A stretch of 11,440 bases of DNA. It comes from Thermoplasmatales archaeon (GTDB taxonomy: Archaea; Thermoplasmatota; Thermoplasmata; Thermoplasmatales; Thermoplasmataceae). The stretch lies in assembly GCA_027310185.1 (NCBI GenBank), contig DAIDBH010000005.1, positions 1 through 11,440 on the forward strand, given 5' to 3'. Of this stretch, positions 1-7,659 are shown one piece after another. Both the position numbers and the translations under genes were made by a program. The notes under the pieces are model-generated. The model did not search any database, was not told where the DNA came from, and worked only from the letters and a program-made list of their open reading frames with translations. Every line of letters starts with the position of its first letter. The stretch's first letter is position 1.

Positions 1-113
1 TTTCGACAGCCTTCTATTCACCCTTCTTTCAGGGTATTATGTCGAATCGAAGGGCAGTCAATCTAGTTAGCGACCTCCTGGGTCAAGTTTTAGAACGACT
101 GCCTCTCCGACTC

Positions 114-410
114 TCACGCTGACACCGTCATGTCAACGCGGTCAAAAGAACTTTTTTCATGACATCTAGAATCAGACTCATCTTTAAAACCGATCGTAGC
201 GACAGTATTGTGTGATGGTGACAGTCCTGTATTAGTTATCTTAAACTGCAATCCATCTCTACCTTTTTCCAATAAAAGTGCCATAATTTTAAGACGGGGT
301 CTTAGCCAGTATAATAAAATTCTAGGATAGAATATCCCTACGAATGCTGCTATAGCTAAAAGAATCGTCCCTAGGCTTGTTAATAGTGAGATCGTTTCTG
401 GGGAGAACAC
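114..410 (-). CDS. Small hypothetical membrane protein with an N-terminal TM helix; C-terminus possibly truncated
   Basis: 98-aa ORF with a GTG start 7 nt after a GGTGAT SD. Hydrophobic stretch LLTSLGTILLAIAAFVGIFY is followed by a beta-like RPRLKI...FKITNTG segment. It lies just downstream of the recombinase stop. Confidence 0.5.
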   Translation of the reverse strand: MFSPETISLLTSLGTILLAIAAFVGIFYPRILLYWLRPRLKIMALLLEKGRDGLQFKITNTGLSPSHNTVATIGFKDESDSRCHEKSSFDRVDMTVSA

Positions 411-438
411 TTTCTAGATCACCCATAAATTCACTTCT

Positions 439-996
439 TCACCTCATCCTCCCCATAAACTCAGATGTATCCATACCGGTAATCTGGGTATAAATGCTTG
501 TGGTGAATTCTGAACAATGCCCAAGCTATTGCTGCAATATATTCAAAGGTACATTATCCATTATAGCCTTAACTGCAAAGGTATGCCGGAACTTATGTGC
601 ATGGATCTTAAACCCTAGCTTTTCCTGCATCTTCTTGAAATAAACGTCCACAACCTGCCTGCTCATCGGAAATAAAGGGTCCTCTGACTTTTGGCTCACG
701 TTCTCCTCAATAAGATATTGCATATAAGCATCACGCAAGTCACCATGAAGTGGAATGATCCTGTATTTTTCCTTCTGAATCCCAGTCTTTTTATCCTTTC
801 CTTGCTTAAGTGTTTTTAACTTGATTGAATTTGTGGTCAGATTTACATCGGATGACTTGACTAGGAAAACTTCATCTATCTCTCCACTGATACTGTAAAA
901 CTTGGCAAGGAGAGAGTAAATTTTGTGCCCATCAGACCTACCCTTTATGGTATTGATATTTACAGAGATTTCACGAAAGAGATTTTAAGTACTCAT
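439..996 (-). pseudogene. Tyrosine recombinase/integrase (XerC/D-like) pseudogene
   Basis: The frame is open from 984 to 529 (..YSLLAKFYSISGEIDEVFLVKSSDVNL..KTLKQGK..YRIIPLH..HAHKFRHTFA..LNILQQ). An in-frame TAG at 528-526 follows, then LGHCSEFTTSIYTQITG..MR to TGA at 441-439. HxxR, LGH and the catalytic Tyr are recognisable, but box I (normally TGxR) lacks its Arg. The 5' end is also broken (TAA 987-985 or a frameshift), so that boundary is approximate. Confidence 0.85.
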
Positions 997-1299
997 ATTT
1001 TAGGGAAAATCTATTTATATATTTTATTTTTATGACTAGTGTGTTACACAACTGTTAAAGAGTCAATATAACCCATGCTATAACGAGTGTATACGTGTAG
1101 ATATAAGAAATATAACTTTTAATACAACAGCCCATGTTGTTTACATGCAACAAGCAATTTTATCTATCATATCATCGCTCTGGGAATACGTGTTAATCAG
1201 GCTCTAAAAATATTACCTGCATTGGCTCGATCCAATCATAGATCCTTTATAGATACAGATATAGTATGAAATATACCGTGTAATACAATGTTATTTATC

Positions 1300-1374
1300 A
1301 TGTATCTAAGGCGTATCTAAGTGATCTATCTCGTTAGATCAAAGTTGTGTACCTTAAGAAGTGATGTATCTAAG
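1300..1374. repeat. Three direct repeats of GTATCTAAG surrounding a 7-bp inverted repeat
   Basis: GTATCTAAG at 1302-1310, 1313-1321 and 1366-1374. TGATCTA (1322-1328) and TAGATCA (1335-1341) are separated by a 6-bp spacer. Confidence 0.6.
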
Positions 1375-1770
1375 AATATACATAGCATACAAACCACGTT
1401 TTTTACGTGTTCCTGAGACTGTACTTACATGTAACGTACTTGTATAGTTGTGTCTTTTTTGTGTACATGTAGCCGTATTTTTGCACTACTCTAAAAAGTA
1501 CCCTCTATAGACCCCCTTATAGAGTATAAAATGACCCTAAAAACGACTACCGTCTTAGTAGAATTAACTAAGATGAAGATTTTAGATAGTGAAAGAATGA
1601 GTTTTAAAAAGAGGTTAGTTTTGCAAGGTGTAAACAACATATGTATAAATTTATACGGAAATAAGACAAAAAGCTGGAAAATCAATGCTGAAACGCTCCA
1701 ATTTTAATAGTGACTGAATAGTAAAGGAATAGTATCATTGGTGATCTGGGAAGTTCTCCATATCGTGCAT

Positions 1771-1785
1771 AGTTATAATATATCC
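1771..1785 (+). promoter_or_regulatory. Putative TATA box of the cas operon promoter
   Basis: TTATAATATA at 1773-1782 lies ~22-31 nt before ATG 1804, a spacing compatible with an archaeal leaderless transcript. No clear SD precedes that ATG. Confidence 0.45.
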
Positions 1786-1803
1786 TATATGTATGTGAAT
1801 TGC

Positions 1804-4251
1804 ATGCAGGCTTCTATTGATTCAAATTATAAAGATTTTGAAAGTTTCTTTAAGCAAGCAACAGGGGGCAATGAACCATTCCCCTTTCAAAAGGAATTTG
1901 CGACATCCAAAGAACTATATAATGTATTAAAAGTAGATACTGGAATGGGTAAAACTGCTACAGTAATTCTAGGATGGTTGTGGAGAAGAATTTATAATAC
2001 GGAGACAAAGGAAGGAACTCCAAGAAGACTGGTTTACTGTTTACCAATGAGAGTGCTTGTAGAACAAACGCACAATGAAGTTTTAAAATGGTTAAAAAAC
2101 CTTAATTTGGTAAAGGAAGAAGGTATACTTTCATACAAATATAATACAAACTCAGTAAACGTCACGCTTTTGATGGGTGGGGCAGATAGTTATTCTCATC
2201 TCTGGGACCTTTATCCGGAAGAAAACTCAATAATCATTGGGACTCAAGACATGCTTATCTCAAGAGCTCTAAATAGGGGATATGCTATGAGCAGATATAG
2301 GTGGCCAATTGATTTTGGATTGCTGAACAATGACAGCTTATGGGTATATGATGAAACCCAATTGATGGGAAGTGGTTTCTATACGGGTATACAGTTGCAT
2401 AAATTCAGAGAATTTTACGGGACTTTTGGATCAGTGAACAGTATTTGGATGAGTGCAACTCTAGAAAGGGAATGGATTAATACGGTAGACTTTGATCAAA
2501 CTTCCGATTTAAAAATTTTGGAACTTTCAAAGAGTGACTTTAATGTGGAAAAAATAGAAAAAATTAAAAATTCTAAAAAGAAATTGGTATACAAAAAAGT
2601 AAGTGATGAACCAGAAATTGCTAAACATGTCATTGAAAATCATGAAAGAGATACTATTTCCATAATTATATTGAACAAAGTAGAAAGTGCTAAGAGAGTT
2701 TATGAGATTATAGAAAAAAATAAAAAAAGCTCAACTAGAGTTGTACTTCTTCACTCCCATTTCAGACCAATAGAAAGAAGAAAAAACGTTGAAGAGATAT
2801 TATTACCGAACAGTCACGATATTATAATAGTATCGACTCAGGTCATAGAAGCAGGAGTAGATATTTCTTCTAAGCGACTTTATACTGAAATATGCCCTGT
2901 ATCATCACTAATTCAAAGAGCTGGAAGGTGTAATCGAAGAGGAGAATTTGAAAGTGATGCTGAATTAACTATCTTTAGATTTGAAAAAGAAAAAATTGAG
3001 AATTATCCCTATGAGAAGGAAGAAATAGAGCAGTGCGAGGAATTATTAAAAACAGATATTGAGTATTTCAATCCATACAATTTTAAACTACCATCATTAA
3101 AAATCAATGGGAAGATAAGTATCTTAAGAAAAAAGGACATAGAAGAATTATTCAGCACAGATTCTGATCTTATGGGGTCAGATACTGATGTTTCAAGATT
3201 TGTTAGAGGTGGAAAAAACATGGATGTCATGATATTCTGGAGGGAAATACCAAAGGACTATGAAACAAATGATGTGGTACAAAATTCATTAAACAAACCC
3301 TCCCGTGATGAGATATGCACTGCACCGATCAACGAAATGAGAGATATAATTAAAAAATATGAGACATCAAAGGAAGAGAAAATTCTATACTACGATTGGA
3401 TAGAAAGTAAGTGGAAAGAGGTAAACAGGAATCTAATAATCTATCCAGGCCAGTTGTTCGTAATGAGTACAAAATGTGGTAAATACAGTGAAAATATGGG
3501 TTGGAATATAAAATCCAGGGAAAAGGTGAATGAAGTTAAGCAACAACCAGGTGAACCAAACCTAAAAATCTCCGGTGACAATTCTTCATGGAAATCCATA
3601 GAAGATCATTCAAATGAAGTTCTTCAGGTGTCAAATAATATTTTAAGAGAATTGAATTTGAATTCTTCATATCAAGATTCAATTAAAGAAGCTGTGATCT
3701 GGCATGATGCTGGAAAGGCACATCCTGCGTTTCAGGCCAGAATAGTCCAGACAAATCTTCCAAGTAATGTACCTCCCGGCCAGGTTGCCAAAGCGCCTGA
3801 AGACATGTGGGCAAACATGTATGGTAAGGATGAAAGGAAAAATGGAATAAGGATGCCGTTCAGACATGAACTGGTCTCAGGGATTCTCGCATTGCAAAAT
3901 GGTGAACCTGATATAGTGTCATATCTTGCTATGAGTCATCATGGCAAGGTTAGATTCTTCATACGCTCAAGACCTGGCGAAAAATCACCATGCAGCGGTA
4001 TAAAGAGATTTGCACTTGGGGTGTGCGATGGTGACCAGATCGACTCAATTAAAATAGGTGGGGGAATATTAGTGAAAACATCAAAAATTGATCTCTCTAT
4101 AATGGAATTAGGTGAAATTAACAGTAATAAGAGTTGGGTACAGAGAGTACATGACTTAATAAAATCAGAAGACTATGGCATATTTAGACTAGCATACATG
4201 GAGTGTATAGTACGAGCATCGGATCAAAGAGCGAGTGGTGGTTTCATATGA
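1804..4251 (+). CDS. cas3: Type I-G CRISPR-associated helicase/nuclease Cas3 (SF2 helicase plus C-terminal HD domain), ~815 aa
   Basis: Helicase motifs DTGMGKT, PRRLVYCLPMRVLVEQ, GTQDML, DETQLM, SAT, STQVIEAGVD and QRAGRCNR. C-terminal HD motifs EDHS, WHDAGK, FRHE, SHHG and RASD. The helicase-then-HD order is diagnostic of I-G. Start moved from TTG 1738 to ATG 1804 (MQASIDSNYKDFESFF). Confidence 0.96.
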   Translation: MQASIDSNYKDFESFFKQATGGNEPFPFQKEFATSKELYNVLKVDTGMGKTATVILGWLWRRIYNTETKEGTPRRLVYCLPMRVLVEQTHNEVLKWLKNLNLVKEEGILSYKYNTNSVNVTLLMGGADSYSHLWDLYPEENSIIIGTQDMLISRALNRGYAMSRYRWPIDFGLLNNDSLWVYDETQLMGSGFYTGIQLHKFREFYGTFGSVNSIWMSATLEREWINTVDFDQTSDLKILELSKSDFNVEKIEKIKNSKKKLVYKKVSDEPEIAKHVIENHERDTISIIILNKVESAKRVYEIIEKNKKSSTRVVLLHSHFRPIERRKNVEEILLPNSHDIIIVSTQVIEAGVDISSKRLYTEICPVSSLIQRAGRCNRRGEFESDAELTIFRFEKEKIENYPYEKEEIEQCEELLKTDIEYFNPYNFKLPSLKINGKISILRKKDIEELFSTDSDLMGSDTDVSRFVRGGKNMDVMIFWREIPKDYETNDVVQNSLNKPSRDEICTAPINEMRDIIKKYETSKEEKILYYDWIESKWKEVNRNLIIYPGQLFVMSTKCGKYSENMGWNIKSREKVNEVKQQPGEPNLKISGDNSSWKSIEDHSNEVLQVSNNILRELNLNSSYQDSIKEAVIWHDAGKAHPAFQARIVQTNLPSNVPPGQVAKAPEDMWANMYGKDERKNGIRMPFRHELVSGILALQNGEPDIVSYLAMSHHGKVRFFIRSRPGEKSPCSGIKRFALGVCDGDQIDSIKIGGGILVKTSKIDLSIMELGEINSNKSWVQRVHDLIKSEDYGIFRLAYMECIVRASDQRASGGFI

Positions 4252-6584
4252 AAATAGTATTAACTGGTTGTCAACCAGAGCCTATTTCATCCTATCTGAA
4301 GTCATTAGGGATCATAAGATTAATTTATGAGCAGAAAGATAGAAATGTTAAAGGTTACTGGGAGAATGATATATTTGTTTTAGAAAGTGAAGCATTAAAA
4401 GGAGATACCTATGAGGAGGCTAATGAGGCATTGATAGATTTCTTTTTGAATGAATATTGCCCAACTCCCATAGTATCACCATGGAATAAGAGATCAGGAT
4501 TTAAGTATGGAGAACCTGGTCAAATAGATAACATTCTCAAATCTACTGATACAAGGCTCAATGATTATAGGAGTGTAATAGAGAAAGTTAAAGAGTTTGA
4601 ATATTTTAATTTAGAACAAGCTTCTTTTAAATGGATTTTTAATCAAGATAAACAGAACCTTTCAAAGGATAAACAAGATGGAACAAAAAAATTCAAAGAC
4701 ATAGTGGAAAAATATAACAAGACTGAAGATAATTTGGTATCTGAGATAATGAAGGTTTGTTCAAAAGAAGATAGGAGAGAACTGGAAAATATTATAAAAG
4801 TAATAAGTAAAGAAATTATTATGAACCATAAGGCCGAAATTATTTCCTTATGCAGAAATGTTCTGCCAGATAGTGTTGTGAAGTGGATAGATGCCGCAAT
4901 TGCAGTAGAACCAGCCAGTGGAGATATACTCACTGCAGATATACTAGGATCGGGAGGTAATGATGGTAGCATGGATTTTTCCAGCAATTTCATGAAAAAT
5001 ATTTTAAAGATATCAAATCCATCAAGTAAGGAACTTCTGAGCAATGCCCTGTTTGGAGTCCCAACTTCAAAATTGACAGACATCAAGATTGGAATGTATG
5101 ATCCAGGCAAGTCTGGAGGTACAAATCAAAGGAACAGCGAAAAAAATCAGGAGAATTTTTTGTATAATTTCTGGAATTACATACTTTTGATGGAGGGCAC
5201 AATTATATGGTCTGGAAGCGTGGGAAAAAGATATATCGCAGATAAAAACCAGTTTCAGTCTCCTTTTACGGTTAATTTTAGTTCAGCAGGTATAACTTCA
5301 ATAAACGATGGAGAAAACTCAGATGACGTTAAAAAGTATAGGAAGGAAATATGGACTCCAATATGGAATAGGCCCTTCTCTTATGTAGAAATTGAAGAAA
5401 TGTTCAGGGAGGGAAGAGTTACCGTGAGGAAATCAAGCGTAAAAAATGGTCTTCAATTTACGGAGGCTGTGAAATCAATGGGGGTAGATAGGGGAATATC
5501 CCTTTTCATAAGATATGCAAATCTTGCAAGAAAGGGAAAATCATCCATTCTCATTCCTCAAGATTACATTAGAGTTGAAGACAAAAGCGAGGACTTGAAA
5601 GCTTCAAAAGACATATACAACATAGTTTCATCAATAAATCAAATAATATCTAAAAGTGATTCAACTCAATCATCCTTAAGGGTAGTGAAACAAGATATTG
5701 AATCGGCACTCTATTCCTATTTCATAGATACGGAAAGCACTGAATCAGCACAAAATATTATTAAGGCATTGGGCAGGAGTGTTCGTGTTGTAACCAGGCT
5801 AAATAAATCTGGCATAAAAAATCCATTCAGTGGTTTGAGTCCATCATTTGTCAAAAAGGCAAACGATAACTCAATAGAATTCAAGTTAGCCCTGGCACTT
5901 TCCGAAATTCCATTCCTTAGGGGGTCTATCTTAAATACTAACATTGAAACTGGGAAACTTTTGAAGGAAAAGAAGGAAAGTAATTGGTGGTCAGAATCAA
6001 TGTTGACCGGCAAAATTTCAAAATGTTTTTATGATATGTTGTTGGAATTTGATAAATCGAAGAACAATAGCAATCCTATGTTAGATTTAGGTCATGTCAT
6101 GTTCAATCTTAAGGAAATGAACATGTTACTGGAAAATAGAATTTCTGACAGAGCAGGAAATTTTAGAAAACTCGACGAAAGAAAAGTTGAAGAACTTTTC
6201 CTTGGTTTGCTTTCTCTGGACAAATTCTATCATGGGCCTCTCAATTATCTGGAGACAGCAGAAAAGGTTTATAACAATACTAATATAAATCTACAATGGC
6301 AAATGCTGAAACTTCTTTTTATCACGGAAAAGATATATGTTGAAAACAAGGAGATCACTCTATTTCCCAAAAAAAATCTATTAACGTATCTAATGGCAGG
6401 TAGGATAAGAGATGCATGTTCTATTGCATATACATCCATATATTCAAAAGGGCTATCTCCGTATAGCTCAATAATAGTAGAACACATGGATATAGAAAAG
6501 GTTAAGAGATATTGTGCATATTTGATATTAAAAACAGATCCCAAAGACCTGTTAAAAAATGTTATAAAAGGTGTAAAAGCATGA
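4248..6584 (+). CDS. cas8g1: Type I-G large subunit Cas8g1 (Csx17), ~778 aa
   Basis: Motifs LTGCQPEPISSYLKSLG, YCPTPIVSPWN..SGF, LGSGGNDG..DFSSNFM, EIWTPIW and GVDRGISLFIRY. ATG 4248 overlaps the cas3 stop (ATGA). Confidence 0.93.
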   Translation: MKIVLTGCQPEPISSYLKSLGIIRLIYEQKDRNVKGYWENDIFVLESEALKGDTYEEANEALIDFFLNEYCPTPIVSPWNKRSGFKYGEPGQIDNILKSTDTRLNDYRSVIEKVKEFEYFNLEQASFKWIFNQDKQNLSKDKQDGTKKFKDIVEKYNKTEDNLVSEIMKVCSKEDRRELENIIKVISKEIIMNHKAEIISLCRNVLPDSVVKWIDAAIAVEPASGDILTADILGSGGNDGSMDFSSNFMKNILKISNPSSKELLSNALFGVPTSKLTDIKIGMYDPGKSGGTNQRNSEKNQENFLYNFWNYILLMEGTIIWSGSVGKRYIADKNQFQSPFTVNFSSAGITSINDGENSDDVKKYRKEIWTPIWNRPFSYVEIEEMFREGRVTVRKSSVKNGLQFTEAVKSMGVDRGISLFIRYANLARKGKSSILIPQDYIRVEDKSEDLKASKDIYNIVSSINQIISKSDSTQSSLRVVKQDIESALYSYFIDTESTESAQNIIKALGRSVRVVTRLNKSGIKNPFSGLSPSFVKKANDNSIEFKLALALSEIPFLRGSILNTNIETGKLLKEKKESNWWSESMLTGKISKCFYDMLLEFDKSKNNSNPMLDLGHVMFNLKEMNMLLENRISDRAGNFRKLDERKVEELFLGLLSLDKFYHGPLNYLETAEKVYNNTNINLQWQMLKLLFITEKIYVENKEITLFPKKNLLTYLMAGRIRDACSIAYTSIYSKGLSPYSSIIVEHMDIEKVKRYCAYLILKTDPKDLLKNVIKGVKA

Positions 6585-7645
6585 CAGATTTAAAAAATAT
6601 AATAGAAAATTCAAACAGATTGCTATTTGAGGTAGAACTCGACCCAATTCAAGGTGACAGGTTTCAGCCAACCGGGTTTCCTGATATTCAGGCAGCAACA
6701 TATAAAGATCCATCTGGCCGAAATATGTTACTCTTAGAAAGTGCACAATCCATGGCGAACAGATTGGAGAAAACAATAATAGGCAAGAACGATCTTGACG
6801 TTGTTGAACAGCTAAAGGGGTTGTCCTACGTAGTTGCAGAACTTTCTGGCAAAAACAATGAAGAAATAATAAGAACAAGCTCTCTTACCGAATCTCATAG
6901 AATGGCGTCCTCCTATATTCTCACAGATGATTTTTGGGACATCTTCCAGAAAGACAGTGGTTATTCGGAAAATAAGCCTCTAGAATGGAATAAACTGGCA
7001 AAGACCGTCCTAAAATATGATATAAATTCATTAATACACGGTGTTTTTTTCTCTAATAAAGGAAAGGGAAGGATAAGGTTCCCAAGAATCATTAGTGCAT
7101 TCATAGAAGCCGCGGATGTCACCGAGGTAATGTCCGGAGGTGTGAACCTTAGCATTGTTTCGCCAACGGGAGACATAGTTATAGATCAGAAGGTAAAAGA
7201 GAAAGAGAAAAATATTTACGGGAATGTACCTTACCATAGAACAGAATATACAGCTAAAAAAATAACAGCATATTTTAACATTGATATTGCAACTTTGAGG
7301 AGTTATTCTCTAGGAGAGAATGCTGAAAAGCTTATAATCAATTTATGTCTATATAAAATAAAGTCGTTTTTAGAGGACAATCTCAGACTTCGGACCGCTT
7401 GCGATTTAAAAGTAAAGGGAAATATTTTAGGTTCAGATGGTTTCACCATCCCAGAAAAAGTTAGGCTGCTCGAATCTATACAGGAAGGTATAAAGGAATG
7501 CAAAGAACTTTTCTGCGATCCATCTCCATTAGTGGTCAAGGGAAAATATAAAAAGAGTAATAAAAAGGAAGATAAGGACGAGTCAGAAAACAATAGTTCT
7601 GGGCAAGATGGTGAAAACTCACAAGAAGATGCGAATGATGAATAG
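6581..7645 (+). CDS. cas7g: Type I-G backbone subunit Cas7 (Csb1), ~354 aa
   Basis: Motifs RFQPTGFPD, LLLESAQSMANRLE, ESHR, DINSLIHGVFF, GNVPYHR and LRLRTACDL. ATG 6581 overlaps the cas8g stop (ATGA), with AGGTG upstream. Confidence 0.95.
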   Translation: MTDLKNIIENSNRLLFEVELDPIQGDRFQPTGFPDIQAATYKDPSGRNMLLLESAQSMANRLEKTIIGKNDLDVVEQLKGLSYVVAELSGKNNEEIIRTSSLTESHRMASSYILTDDFWDIFQKDSGYSENKPLEWNKLAKTVLKYDINSLIHGVFFSNKGKGRIRFPRIISAFIEAADVTEVMSGGVNLSIVSPTGDIVIDQKVKEKEKNIYGNVPYHRTEYTAKKITAYFNIDIATLRSYSLGENAEKLIINLCLYKIKSFLEDNLRLRTACDLKVKGNILGSDGFTIPEKVRLLESIQEGIKECKELFCDPSPLVVKGKYKKSNKKEDKDESENNSSGQDGENSQEDANDE

Positions 7646-7659
7646 GGAGATGATGCCTT

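Noticed and set aside
526-528. In-frame TAG as pyrrolysine or stop-codon readthrough
   Set aside because: The gene has other lesions (missing box I Arg, broken 5' end) and TAG serves as a normal stop for cas7, so a simple TGG>TAG nonsense change is more parsimonious.
1215-1260. Degenerate CRISPR repeat or regulatory mini-array upstream of cas3 (ATTGG-N6-CCAAT hairpin, AATCATAG)
   Set aside because: Only about 6-7 nt match the repeat, there is no ATTGAAGC-like end, and there is no second copy at spacer distance.
1491-1685. 64-aa minus-strand ORF
   Set aside because: Low-complexity F/L/I/K composition typical of AT-rich non-coding DNA; no motif or clear SD.
3595-4251. C-terminal HD domain and the Cas4-Cas1 fusion as novel architectures
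   Set aside because: Both are established hallmarks of type I-G.
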